A DNA stretch of 64,000 nt from Utricularia gibba (lineage: Eukaryota; Plantae; Magnoliophyta): assembly GCA_002189035.1 (NCBI GenBank), contig NEEC01000013.1:2356001-2420000 (forward strand), given 5' to 3'. The notes beneath the pieces were generated by a model, which ran no database searches, was not told where the DNA came from, and worked only from the letters and a program-made list of their open reading frames with translations. The translations under genes and the position numbers were made by a program. Below are positions 40,601 through 55,300 of the stretch, one piece after another. The stretch's first letter is position 1. Every line of letters starts with the position of its first letter.

Positions 40601-43600
40601 GTGTTCAAAGTTTCTCCATCCGACGAACCGTTACAGCTCGTATTTTTGCCTGATAATAGCCCACACTTGTGCCACAAAGTGGCCACCACGTACGCGACAA
40701 TGCGACTGAGGACACCGCAATCGACGCGAATGTCATTTCATGCATGCAAAACAAATGCATTTCATTCGACGATGTTAAATTTCGGATTTCGAGGCGATCC
40801 GTTACAGTGCCTCAGGTGCGGTCCAACCCACACCTCATGATGGCCTCGTGCACTGTTTGGTATCTCGTCGATATCTTGCAAACCGTAGTGAGTCACGCTT
40901 GCTTGATATAGCGTTTCGAAGCTCGCTCCGAGCCGGTCGAATTTCGTGTTCAAAGTTTCTCCATCCGACGAACCGTTACAGCTCGTATTTTTGCCTGATA
41001 ATAGCCCACACTTGTGCCACAAAGTGGCCACCACGTACGCGACAATGCGACTGAGGACACCGCAATCGACGCGAATGTCATTTCATGCATGCAAAACAAA
41101 TGCATTTCATTCGACGATGTTAAATTTCGGATTTCGAGGCGATCCGTTACAGTGCCTCATCCCAATCCAGGCACGATGAAAGCACACTCCATCCGACGAA
41201 CCGTTACAGCTCGTATTTTTGCCTGATAATAGCCCACACTTGTGCCACAAAGTGGCCACACGTACGCGACAATGCGACTGAGGACACCGCAATCGACGCG
41301 AATGTCATTTCATGCATGCAAAACAAATGCATTTCATTGGACGATGTTAAATTTCGGATTTCGAGGCGATCCGTTACAGTAACCCACACCTCATGATGGC
41401 CTCGTGCAATCGTCGAGCGTAGTGAGTCACGCTTTGCTTGATATAGCGTTTCGAAGCTCGCTCCGAGCCGGTCGAATTTCGTGTTCAAAGTTTCTCCATC
41501 CGACGAACCGTTACAGCTCGTATTTTTGCCTGATAATAGCCCACACTTGTGCCACAAAGTGGCCACCACGTACGCGACAATGCGACTGAGGACACCGCAA
41601 TCGACGCGAATGTCATTTCATGCATGCAAAACAAATGCATTTCATTCGACGATGTTAAATTTCGGATTTCGAGGCGATCCGTTACAGTGCCTCGGTGTGG
41701 TCCAACCCACACCTCATGATGGCCTCGTGCGTTTGGTATCTCGTCGATATCTTGCAAACCGTAGTGAGTCACGCTTTGCTTGATATAGCGTTTCGAAGCT
41801 CGCTCCGAGCCGGTCGAATTTCGTGTTCAAAGTTTCCATCCGACGAACCGTTACAGCTCGTATTTTTGCCTGATAATAGCCCACACTTGTGCCACAAAGT
41901 GGCCACCACGTACGCGACAATGCGACTGAGGACACCGCAATCGACGCGAATGTCATTTCATGCATGCAAAACAAATGCATTTCATTGACGATGTTAAATT
42001 TCGGATTTCGAGGCGATCCGTTACAGTGCCTTGGTCCAACCCACACCTCATGATGGCCTCGTGCACTGTTGGTATCTCGTCGATATCTTGCAAACCGTAG
42101 TGAGTCACGCTTTGCTTGATATAGCGTTACGAAGCTCGCTCCGAGCCGGTCGAATTTCGTGTTCAAAGTTTCTCCATCCGACGAACCGTTACAGCTCGTA
42201 TTTTTGCCTGATAATAGCCCACACTTGTGCCACAAAGTGGCCACCACGTACGCGACAATGCGACTGAGGACACCGCAATCGACGCGAATGTCATTTCATG
42301 CATGCAAAACAAATGCATTTCATTCGACGATGTTAAATTTCGGATTTCGAGGCGATCCGTTACAGTGCCTCAGGTGCGGTCCAACCCACACCTCATGATG
42401 GCCTCGTGCACTGCTTGGTATCTCGTCGATATCTTACAAACCGTAGTGAGTCACGCTTTGCTTGATATAGCGTTTCGAAGCCGTCCGAGCCGGTCGAATT
42501 TCGACGAAAGTTTCGTCCATCCGACGAACCGTTACAGCTCGTATTTTTGCCTGATAATAGCCCACACTTGTGCCACAAAGTGGCCACCACGTACGCGACA
42601 ATGCGACTGAGGACACCGCAATCGACGCGAATGTCATTTCATGCATGCAAAACATGACGATGTTAAATTTCGGATTTCGAGGCGATCCGTTACAGTGCCT
42701 CAGGTCGAACCCACACCTCATGATGGCCTCGTGCACTGCTCGTCGGCGCTTTGCCGATAAGCATGTGCAAGCTCGTTTTTTGCAAATTAGGATGCCGACG
42801 ATCCGTTACAGTGCCACGAAATCACATCATAGCCCACACTTGTTGTCGACGATCGTGCCATGTACGCGACAATGCGACTGAGGACACCGCAATCGACGCG
42901 AATGTCATTTCATGCATGCAAAACAAATGCATTTCATTCGACGATGTTAAATTTCGGATTTCGAGGCGATCCGTTACAGTGCCTCAGGTGCGGTGACCTC
43001 CAACCGTCCACCGTCACGCTGCCGCCTCGCTGTCGAATTTCGTGTTCAAAGTTTCGATATCTCGCGTTACCACGTCTTGCAAATTGTCATTGCATGCTGA
43101 GCTTTGCTTGAGCCAAAAGCTCGCTCCGACAAATGTGACAGCTCGGTTTTTCCATGATGGAGCCCTTACAGTGCCACAAAGCCATAGTACGACAATCACA
43201 GGACAATGAGTCGAATGTCATGTTCGATGCATGCAAAACAAATGCATTTCATTCGACGATGTTAAATTTCGGATTTCGAGGTTTCGATCCGTTACAGTTA
43301 CAGCTCGTCCTGAGCCCACACTTGTGCCACAAAGTGGCCACCACGTACCACACAATGCGACTGCAGGACCCGCAATAATGCAATATGCATAGTGAGTCAC
43401 GCTTTGCTTGATATAGCGTTACGAAGCTCGCTCCGAAATTTCATTTCATCCGACGAACCGTTACAGCTCGTATTTTTGCCTGATAATAGTTACAAAGTTT
43501 GCGACTGATTGTCGATGGCGACGATCCGTTACAGTGCCTCAAACCCACACCTCATGATGGCCTCGTGCAATATATCATCATATCACCTCGTGTCGCCACA

Positions 43601-46600
43601 AAGTATCGCCACCACGTATTACTGCGACTGAGGACACCGACAATAGCACGCGAATGTCATTTCTCCGTGAAATACAATCTCGTCGATATCTTGCTCACGC
43701 TCCGATCGGATCGAATTTCGTGTTCAAAGTTTCGACGATTTAGCCTGATAATTTGTGCCACAAAGTGGCCACCACGTACGCGACAATGCGACTGAGTCGA
43801 CGCGAATGTCATTTCATGCATGTGCATTTCATTCGACGATGTTAAATTTCGCCGATCCGTTACAGTGCCTCAGGTGTGATGGCCTCGTGCACTGTTGGTA
43901 TCTCGTCGATATCTTGCAAACCGTAGTGAGTCACGCTTTGCTTGACGAAGCTCGCTCCGAGCCGGTCGAATTTCGTGTTCAAAGTTTCTCCATCCGACGA
44001 ACCGTTACAGCTCGTATTTTTGCCTGATAATAGCCCACACTTGTGCCACAAAGTGGCCACCACGTACGCGACAATGCGACTGAGGACACCGCAATCGTCA
44101 TGCATGCAAAACAAATGCATTTCATTCGACGATGTTAAATTTCGGATTTCGAGGCGATCCGTTACAGTGCCTCAAACCGCATTTCATATCGCATATGAGT
44201 TTTGCCGTTTCGGATTTTCGTGTTCAAAGTTTCTCCATCCGACGAACCGTTACAGCTCGTATTTTTGCCTGATAATAGCCCACACTTGTGCCACAAAGTG
44301 GCCACCACGTACGCGACAATGCGACTGAGGACACCGCAATCGACGCGAATGTCATTTCATGCATGCAAAACAAATGCATTTCATTCGACGATGTTAAATT
44401 TCGGATTTCGAGGCGATCCGTTACAGTGCCTCAGTGCGGTCCAACCCACCTCACCTCGTGCACTGATCTCGTCGATATCTTGCAAACCGTGAGTCACGCT
44501 TTGCTTGATATAGCGTGAAGCTCGCTTCGAATTTCGTCAAAGTTTCTCCATCCGATTATCGTATTTTTGCCTGATAATAGCCCACACTTGTGCCACAAAG
44601 TGGCCACCACGTACGCGACAATGCGACTTTGTCATTTCATGATGCATGCATTTCATTCGACGATGTTCGGAAGGCGATCCGTTACAGTGCCTCAGGTGCA
44701 TCATGATGGCCTCGTGCACTGCTTGGTATCTCGTCGATATCTTGCGTAGTGAGTCACGCTTTGCTTGATATAGCGTTACGAAGCTCGCTCCGAGCCGGTC
44801 GAATTTCGTGTTCAAAGTTTCGACCCGTTACAGCTCGTATTTTTGCCTGATAATAGCCCACACTTGTGCCACAAAGTGGCCACCACGTACGCGACAATGC
44901 GACTGAGGACACCGCAATCGACGCGAATGTCATTTCATGCATGCAAAACAAATGCATTTCATTCGACGATGTTAAATTTCGGATTTCGAGGCGATCCGTT
45001 ACAGTGCCTCAGGTGCGTCCCGAACCACCTCATGATGGCCTCGTGCACTGTTTGGTATCTCGTCGATATCTTGCAAACCGTAGTGAGTCACGCTTTGCTT
45101 GATATAGCGTTATCGCATCGAATTTCGTGTTCAAAGTTTCTCATCCGTTACAGCTCGTAGCCTCACGTGCTTTGCTTCGATGTCATTGCATGTTTTCGAC
45201 GATGCGGATCGAGGCGATCCGTTACAGTGCCGGTTGATGGCCTCGTGCAAATAAGTAGTTCAATATAGCATCGCTCCGAGCAACGTGTTCAAAGGACGAA
45301 CCGTTACAGCTCGTATTTTTGCCTGATAATAGCCCACACTTGTGCCACAAAGTGGCCACCACGTACGCGACAATGCGACTGAGGACACCGCAATCGACGC
45401 GAATGTCATTTCATGCATGCAAAACAAATGCATTTCATTCGACGATGTTAAATTTCGGATTTCGAGGCGATCCGTTACAGTGCGAACCCACACCTCATGA
45501 TGGCCTCGTGCAATGTCGATCTTGCATAGTGAGTCACGCTTTGCATATAGCGTTACGAAGCTCGCTCCGAGCCGGTCGAATTTCGTGTTCAAAGTTTCTC
45601 CATCCGACGAACCGTTACAGCTCGTATTTTTGCCTGATAATAGCCCACACTTGTGCCACAAAGTGGCCACCACGTACGCGACAATGCGACTGAGGACACC
45701 GCAATCGACGCGAATGTCATTTCATGCATGCAAAACAAATGCATTTCATTCGACGATCGGATTTCGAGGCGATCCGTTACAGTGCCTCAGGTGCGGTCCA
45801 ACCCACACCTCATGATGGCCGTGCAATCTCGTCGATATCCACGCTTTGCTTGATATAGCGTTACGAAGCTCGCTCCGAGCCGGTCGAATTTCGTGTTCAA
45901 AGTTTCTCCATCCGACGAACCGTTACAGCTCGTATTTTTGCCTGATAATAGCCCACACTTGTGCCACAAAGTGGCCACCACGTACGCGACAATGCGACTG
46001 AGGACACCGCAATCGACGCGAATGTCATTTCATGCATGCAAAACAAATGCATTTCATTCGACGATGTTAAATTTCGGATTTCGAGGCGATCCGTTACAGT
46101 GCCTCGGGATGTCGTGCAAATCCGCTCCATCGGTCGAATGTGTTCACGTTTATAATTTGTGCCACAAAGTGTATTTTGTGCATGCCGTGCCTCACAGTAG
46201 CGTTATATCTTGCAAACCGTAGTGAGTCACGCTTTGCTTGATATAGCGTTTCGACTCGAAATTTCGTGTTCAAAGTTTCTCCATCCGACGAACCGTTACA
46301 GCTCGTATTTTTGCCTGATAATAGCCCACACTTGTGCCACAAAGTGGCCACCACGTACGCGACAATGCGACTGAGGACACCGCAATCGACGCGAATGTCA
46401 TTTCATGCATGCAAAACAAATGCATTTCATTCGACGATGTTAAATTTCGGATTTCGAGGCGATCCGTTACAGTGCCTCAGGTTGCCTCGTGCAATGTCCT
46501 TGGTAGTGAGTCACGCTTTGCCGTTACGAAGCTCGCTCCGTCGCCAAAGTTTCTCCATTGGGCCTGATCCCACACTTGTGCCATACGCGACAATGCGACT

Positions 46601-49300
46601 GAGGACACCGCAATCGACGCGAATGTCATTTCATGCATGCAAAACAAATGCATTTCATTGACGATGTTAAATTTCGGATTTCGAGGCGATCCGTTACAGT
46701 GCCTCAGGTTGGGCCTCGTGCACTGCTTGGTATCTCGTCGATATCTTGCTAGTGAGTCACGCTTTGCTTGATATAGCGTTTCGCTCCGTCGAATTTCGTG
46801 TTCAAAGTTTCTCCATCCGACGAACCGTTACAGCTCGTATTTTTGCCTGATAATAGCCCACACTTGTGCCACAAAGTGGCCACCACGTACGCGACAATGC
46901 GACTGAGGACACCGACGCGAATGTCATTTCATGCATGCAGGACGATGTTGGATTTCGAGGCGAACAGTGCCTCAAACCCAGATGGCAAATATCCGTAGTG
47001 AGTCACGCTTTGCTTGATATAGCGTTACGAAGCTCGCTCCGAGCCGGTCGAATTTCGTGTTCAAAGTTTCTCCATCCGACGAACCGTTACAGCTCGTATT
47101 TTTGCCTGATAATAGCCCACACTTGTGCCACAAAGTGGCCACCACGTACGCGACAATGCGACTGAGGACACCGCAATCGACGCGAATGTCATTTCATGCA
47201 TGCAAAACAAATGCATTTCATTCGACGATGTTAAATTTCGGATTTCGAGGCGATCCGTTACAGTGCCTCAGGTGCGGTCCAACCCACACCTCATGATGGC
47301 CTCGTGCACTGCTTGGTATCTCGTCGATATCTTGCAAACCGTAGTGAGTCACGCTTTGCTTGATATAGCGTTACGAAGCTCGCTCCGAGCCGGTCGAATT
47401 TCGTGTTCAAAGTTTCTCCATCCGACGAACCGTTACAGCTCGTATTTTTGCCTGATAATAGCCCACACTTGTGCCACAAAGTGGCCACCACGTACGCGAC
47501 AATGCGACTGAGGACACCGCAATCGACGCGAATGTCATTTCATGCATGCAAAACAAATGCATTTCATTCGACGATGTTAAATTTCGGATTTCGAGGCGAT
47601 CCGTTACAGTGCCTCATCCAACCCACACCTCATGATGGCCTCGTGCACTGTTGGTATCTCGTCGATATCTTGCAAACCGTAGTGAGTCACGCTTTGCTTG
47701 ATATAGCGTTACGAAGCTCGCTCCGAGCCGGTCGAATTTCGTGTTCAAAGTTTCTCCATCCGACGAACCGTTACAGCTCGTATTTTTGCCTGATAATAGC
47801 CCACACTTGTGCCACAAAGTGGCCACCACGTACGCGACAATGCGACTGAGGACACCGCAATCGACGCGAATGTCATTTCATGCATGCAAAACAAATGCAT
47901 TTCATTGACGATGTTAAATTTCGGATTTCGAGGCGATCCGTTACAGTGCCTCAGGTGGTCCAACCCACACCTCATGATGGCCTCGTGCACATCTCGTCGA
48001 TATCTTGCAAACCGTAGTGAGTCACGCTTTGCTTGATATAGCGTTACGAAGCTCGCTCCGAGCCGGTCGAATTTCGTGTTCAAAGTTTCTCCATCCGACG
48101 AACCGTTACAGCATTTTTGCCTGATAATAGCCCACACTTGTGCCACAAAGTGGCCACCACGTACGCGACAATGCGACTGAGGACACCGCAATCGACGCGA
48201 ATGTCATTTCATGCATGCAAAACAAATGCATTTCATTCGACGATGTTAAATTTCGGATTTCGAGGCGATCCGTTACAGTGCCTCAGGTTCCAACCCACAC
48301 CTCATGATGGCCTCGTGCACTGCTTGGTATCTCGTCGATATCTTGCAAACCGTAGTGAGTCACGCTTTGCTTGATATAGCGTTTCGAAAACTCCATCCGA
48401 CGAACCGTTACAGCTCGTATTTTTGCCTGATAATAGCCCACACTTGTGCGTGGCCACCACGTTGCGACTGAGGACACCGCAATCGACGCGAATGTCATTT
48501 CATGCATGCAAAACAAATGCATTTCATTCGACGACGGATTTCGTCCGTTACAGTGCCTCATAACCCACACCTCATGATGGCCTCGTGCACTGTTGGTATA
48601 TATCTTGCAAACCGTAGTGAGTCACGCTTTGCTTGATATAGCGTTACGAAGCTCGCTCCGAGGGTCGAATTTCGTGTTCAAAGTTTCTCCATCCGACGAA
48701 CCGTTACAGCTCGTATTTTTGCCTGATAATAGCCCACACTTGTGCCACAAAGTGGCCACCACGTACGCGACAATGCGACTGAGGACACCGCAATCGACGC
48801 GAATGTCATTTCATGCATGCAAAACAAATGCATTTCATTCGACGATGTTAAATTTCGGATTTCGAGGCGATCCGTTACAGTGCCTTGGTGTGGTCCAACC
48901 CACACCTCATGAAATCTCGTCGATATCTTGAAACCGTAGTGAGTCACGCTTTGCTTGATATAGCGTTTCGAAGCTCGCTCCGAAAAAAGTTTCGACGAAC
49001 CGTTACAGCTCGAGCCGTTTACGCGACAATGCGACTGAGGACACCGCAATCGACGCGAATGTCATTTCATGCATGCAAAAAAATGCATTTCATTGACGAT
49101 GTTAAATTTCGGATTTCGAGGCGATCCGTTACAGTGCCAACCCACACCTCATGATGGCCTCGTGCATGTTGGTATCTCGTCGATATCTTGCAAACCGTAG
49201 TGAGTCACGCTTTGCTTGATATAGCGTTTCGAAGCTCGCTCCGAGCCGGTCGAATTTCGTGTTCAAAGTTTCTCCATCCGACGAACCGTTACAGCTCGTA
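7641..49300 (+). repeat. Homogenised core: near-identical monomers interleaved with deleted or scrambled copies
   Basis: Intact units appear identical over tens of kb (for example ~12.6 kb, 17.7-18.4 kb, 22.3 kb, 29.7 kb, 47.1 kb) and differ only at a few sites (gttacg/gtttcg, cactgc/cactgt, attcga/attgga). Many intervening units carry deletions or garbled patches. Confidence 0.85.
17668..18013 (+). repeat. Reference copy of the core monomer (346 bp)
   Basis: Sequence gtgccacaaagtggccaccacgtacgcgacaatgcgactgaggacacc...catgcatgcaaaacaaatgcatttcattcgacgatgttaaatttcggatttcgaggcgatccgttacagtgcctcaggtgcggtccaacccacacctcatgatggcctcgtgcactgcttggtatctcgtcgatatcttgcaaaccgtagtgagtcacgctttgcttgatatagcgttacgaagctcgctccgagccggtcgaatttcgtgttcaaagtttctccatccgacgaaccgttacagctcgtatttttgcctgataatagcccacactt. 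It appears identical to the next unit (18014-18359) and to other intact core units. Confidence 0.97.
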
Positions 49301-49329
49301 TTTTTGCCTGATAATAGCCCACACTTGTG

Positions 49330-52300
49330 CCACAAAGTGGCCACCACGTACGCGACAATGCGACTTAGGAAACCGCAATCGACGCGAATGTCATTTCATG
49401 CATGCAAAACAAATGCATTTCATTGGACGATGTTAAATTTCGGATTTCGAAGCGATCCGTTACAGTGCCTCGGGTGTGGTCCAACCACACCTCATGATGG
49501 CCTCGTGCACCGTTTGGTATCTCGTCGATATCTTGCAAACCGTAGTGAGTCACGCTTGCTTGATATAGCGTTTCGAAGCTCGCTCCGAGCCGGTCGAATT
49601 TTGTGTTCAAAGTTTCTGCATCCGACGAACCGTTACAGCTCGTATTTTTGCCTGATAATAGCCCACACTTGTGCCACAAAGTGGCCACCACGTACGCGAC
49701 AATGCGACTGAGGACACCACAATCGACGCGAATGTCATTTCATGCATGCAAAACAAATGCATTTCATTGGACGATGTTAAATTTCGGATTTCGAGGCGAT
49801 CCGTTACAGTGCCTTGGGTGTGGTCCAACCCGCAACTCATGATGGCTCGTGCATTGTTTGGTATCTCATCGATATCTTGCAAACCGTAGTGAGTCACGCT
49901 TTGCTTGATATAGCGTTACGAAGCTCGCTCCGAGCCTCTCCGACGAACCGTTACAGCTCGTATTTTTGCCTGATAATAGCCCACACTTGTGCCACAAAGT
50001 GGCCACCACGTACGCGACAATGCGACTTAGGAACCGCAATCGACGCGAATGTCATTTCATGCATGCAAAACAAATGCATTTCATTGGACGATGTTAAATT
50101 TCGGATTTCGAGGCGATCCGTTACAGTGCCTCGGGGGTGGTCCAACCACACCTCATGATGGCCTCGTGCATTGTTTGGTACTCGTCGATATCTTGCAAAC
50201 CGTAGTGAGTCACGCTTTGCTTGATATAGCGTTTCGAAGCTCGCTCCAGCCGGTCGAATTTTGTGTTCAAAGTTTCTCCATCCGACGAACCGTTACAGCT
50301 CGTATTTTTGCCTGATAATAGCCCACACTTGTGCCACAAAGTGGCCACACGTGCGCCGACGCGAATGTCATTTCATGCCAAAACAAATGCATTTCATTGG
50401 ACGATTTTAAATTTCGGATTTCGAGGCGATCCGTTACAGTCTCGGGTGTGGTCCAACCACACCTCATGATGGCCTCGTGCAATCGATATCTTGAAACCGT
50501 ACACACGTTTCGAATCGAAAAAACAACCGTGACGATAATTCCACATTACGCGACAATGCGACTGTTGAATGTCATTTCATGCATGCAAAACAAATGCATT
50601 TCATTGGACGATGTTAAATTTCGGATTTCGAGGCGATCCGTTACAGTGCCTCAGCCTCGCAATCAAAACACATGCATGCATCCTCGCTGTCGACGTTTGT
50701 TTTCAAATCGATCCGATTACAGCTCGTATATAAGCCCACACTTGTGCCACAAAGTGGCCACCACGTTCACGACAATGCGACTTCGACGCGAATGTCATTT
50801 CATGCATGCAAAACAAATGCATTTCATTGGACGATGTTAAATTTCGGATTTCGAAGCGATCCGATACAGTGCCTCGGGTGTGGTCCAATGCACACCTCAT
50901 GATGGCCTCGTGCACCGTTTGGTATCTCGTCGATATCTTGAAAACCAGTGAGTCAAACTTGCTTGATATAGCGTTTCGAAGCTCGCTCCGAGCCGGTCGA
51001 ATTTTGTGTTCTTTCTGATTCCGACGAACCGTTACAGCTCGATTTTTGCCTGATAATAGCCCACACTCGTGCCACAAAGTGGCCACCACGCACGCGACAA
51101 TGCGACTGAGGACACCGCAATCGACGTGAATGTCATTGCTTGCAAAACAAATGCATTTCATTCGACGATGTTAAATTTCGGATTTCGAGCGATCCGTTAC
51201 AGTGCCTCAGGTGCGGTCCAACCCACACCTCATGATGGCCTCGTGCACTGCTTGGTATCTCGTCGATATCTTGCAAACCGTAGTGAGTCACGCTTTGCCG
51301 ATGCATAATAAAGTTTCTCCACCGACGAACCGTTACAGCTCGTATTTTTGCCTGATAATAGCCCACAACAAAGTGGCCACCACGTACGCGACAATGCGAC
51401 TATCGACGCGAATGTCGCATGCATTTTCATTGACGCGATTTCCGATCCGTACAGTGCCTCGGGTGTGGTCCAATGCACGATGGCAATCTCGTCGATATCT
51501 TGAAAACCATAGCATATGCTTGATATAGCATTTCGAAGAGCCGGTCGAATGTGTTCAAAGTTTCTGGATTTCGTATTTTTGCCTGCCCACACTTGTGCCA
51601 CAAAGTTACACAATGCGACTGTCGACGCGAATGGCATGTGCATTTCATTGGACGATCGGATTTCGAAATCCGCAGTGCAAACTCATGATGTGCTCGTGCA
51701 TTGTTTGGTATCTCATCGATATCTTGCAAACCGTAGTGAGTCACGCTTTGCTTGATATAGCGTTACGAAGCTCGCTCCGAGCCGGTCGAATTTCGTGTTC
51801 AATGTTTCGCATCCGACGAACCGTTACAGCTCGTATTTTTGCCTGATAATAGCCCACACTTGTGCCACAAAGCGGCCACCACGTACGCGACAATGCGACT
51901 TAGGAAACCGCAATCGACGCGAATGTCATTTCATGCATGCAAAACAAATGCATTTCATTGGACGATGTTAAATTTCGGATTTCGAAGCGATCCGATACAG
52001 TGCCTCGGGTGTGGTCCAATGCACACCTCATGATGGCCTCGTGCACCGTTTGGTATCTCGTCGATATCTTGAAAACCATAGTGAGTCAAACTATGCTTGA
52101 TATAGCATTTCGAAGCTCGCTCCGAGCCGGTCGAATTTTGTGTTCAAAGTTTCTGCATCCGACGAACCGTTACAGCTCGTATTTTTGCCTGATAATAGCC
52201 CACACTTGTGCCACAAAGTGGCCACCACGTACGCGACAATGCGACTGAGGACACCACAATCGACGCGAATGTCATTTCATGCATGCAAAACAAATGCATT

Positions 52301-55300
52301 TCATTGGACGATGTTAAATTTCGGATTTCGAGGCAATCCGTTACAGTGCCTTGGGTGTGGTCCAACCCGCAACTCATGATGTGCTCGTGCATTGTTTGGT
52401 ATCTCATCGATATCTTGCAAACCGTAGTGAGTCACGCTTTGCTTGATATAGCGTTACGAAGCTCGCTCCGAGCCGGTCGAATTTCGTGTTCAATGTTTCG
52501 CATCCGACGAACCGTTACAGCTCGTATTTTTGCCTGATAATAGCCCACACTTGTGCCACAAAGCGGCCACCACGTACGCGACAATGCGACTTAGGAAACC
52601 GCAATCGACGCGAATGTCATTTCATGCATGCAAAACAAATGCATTTCATTGGACGATGTTAAATTTCGGATTTCGAAGCGATCCATTACAGTGCCTCGGG
52701 GGTGGTCCAACCAACACCTCATGATGGCCTCGTGCATTGTTTGGTACCTCGTCGATATCTTGCAAACCGTAGTGAGTCACGCTTTGCTTGATATAGCGTT
52801 TCGAAGCTCGCTCCCAGCCGGTTGAATTTTGCAAAGTTTCTCCATCCGACGAACCGTTACAGCTCGAATTTTCGCGTGATAATAGCCCACACTTGTGCCA
52901 CAAAGTGGCCACTACGATCACGACAATGCGCCTCAAGACTTCGACGCGAATGTCGCTTGCAAGGACGATTTTAAATTTCCGAGGCGATCCGTTACACTGT
53001 CTCGGTGTGGTCCTCATGATGGCCTCGTGCATGTTTGGTATCTCGTCGATATCTTGAAAACCGTAGTGATTCACACGTTTCGAAGCTCGCTCCGTCGAAT
53101 TTTGTGTTCAGAGTTTCTGATTCCGACGAACCGTGCTCGAATATAATAGCCCACACTTGTGCCACAAGTGGCGCACGCGACAATGCGACTGAGGACACCG
53201 CAATCGACGTGAATGTCATTTCATGCTTGCAAAACAAATGCATTTCATTGGACGATGTTAAATTTCATTTCGAGGCGATCCGTTACAAACCCACACCTCA
53301 TGATGGCCTTTTTTGGAATTGTCCGATCCCAGTGCAATCATGATGGCCTCGTGCAATCATAAGTTTGCTTGATATAGCGTTTCGAAGCTCGCTCCGAGCC
53401 GGTCGAATTTTGTGTTGTTTCTGATTCGACGAACCGTTATATTTTTGCCTGATCGCCATATCTGCGACTGAGGACACCGCAATCGACGCGACAATGCTGC
53501 AAAACAAATGCATTTCATTCGACGATGTTGGATTTCTCCGTTACAGTGCCTCAAACCCACGATGGCCTCGTGCAAATATCTTGCAAACCGTCACGCTTTG
53601 CTTGATATAGCGTTACGAAGCTCGCTCCGAGCCGGTCGAATTTCGTGTTCAAAGTTTCTCCATCCGACGAACCGTTACAGCTCGTATTTTTGCCTGATAA
53701 TAGCCCACACTTGTGCCACAAAGTGGCCACCACGTACGCGACAATGCGACTTAGGAACCGCAATCGACGCGAATGTCATTTCATGCATGCAAAACAAATG
53801 CATTTCATTGGACGATGTTAAATTTCGGATTTCGAAGCGATCCGATACAGTGCCTCGGGTGTGGTCCAATGCACACCTCATGATGGCCTCGTGCACCGTT
53901 TGGTATCTCGTCGATATCTTGAAAACCATAGTGAGTCAAACTATGCTTGATATAGCGTTTCGAAGCTCGCTCCGAGCCGGTCGAATTTTGTGTTCAAAGT
54001 TTCTGCATCCGACGAACCGTTACAGCTCGTATTTTTGCCTGATAATAGCCCACACTTGTGCCACAAAGTGGCCACCACGTACGCGACAATGCGACTTTGT
54101 CATTTCATGCATGCAAAACATTTCAACGCGGATTTCGATCCGTCAGACGATGTGCTCGTGCATAATAGCGTAGTGAGTCACGCTTTGCTTGATATAGCGT
54201 TACGAAGCTCGCTCCGAGCCGGTCGAATTTCGTGTTCAATGTTTCGCATCCGACGAACCGTTACAGCTCGTATTTTTGCCTGATAATAGCCCACACTTGT
54301 GCCACAAAGACCACGTACGCGACAATGCGACTTAGGAAACCGCAATCGACGCGAATGTCATTTCATGCATGCAAAACAAATGCATTTCATTGGACGATGT
54401 GGATTTCCGAACAGTGCCTTGGTTCATGATGGCCTCGTGCACAATAGCGTAGTCACGCTTACGATCGCTCTCTTTGCTGATATAACCGCTATGCTGTGAT
54501 CGATGTCAGCATTGGTGCTCGTCCGACAATCGAAAACCGTTTCACATATTTACGCCTCGAATAATGACTCCAGCCTGATAATAGCCCGCACTCGTGCCAC
54601 AAAGTGGCCACCACGTACGCGACAATGCGACTGAGGACACCGCAATCGACGTGTCATTTCATGCTGCAAAACAAATGCATTTCATTCGACGATGTTAAAT
54701 TTCGGATTTCGAAGCGATCCGTTACAGTGCCTCGGTGCGGTCCAACCCACACCTCATGATGGCCTCGTGCATGCTTGGTATCTCGTCGATATCTTGCAAA
54801 CCGTAGTGAGTCACGCTTTGCTTGATATAGCGTTACGAAGCTCGCTCCGAGCCGGTCGAATTTCGTGTTCAAAGTTTCTCCATCCGACGAACCGTTACAG
54901 CTCGTATTTTTGCCTGATAATAGCCCACACTTGTGCCACAAAGCGGCCACCACGTACACAATGCGACTTAGGAAACCGCAATCGACGCGAATGTCATTTC
55001 ATGCATGCAAAACAAATGCATTTCATTGGACGATGTTAAATTTCGGATTTCGAAGCGATCCGATACAGTGCCTCGGGTGGTCCAATCATGATGGCCTCGT
55101 GGTTTGGTATCTCGTCGATATCTTGAAAACAAACTATGCTTGATATATTTTCGAAGCTCGCTCCGAGCCGGTCGAATTTTGTGTTCAAAGTTCTGCATCC
55201 GACGAACCGTTACAACGTATTTTTGCCTGATAATAGCCCACACTTGTGCCACACAAGTGGCCACCACGTACGCGACAATGCGACTGAGGACACCACAATC

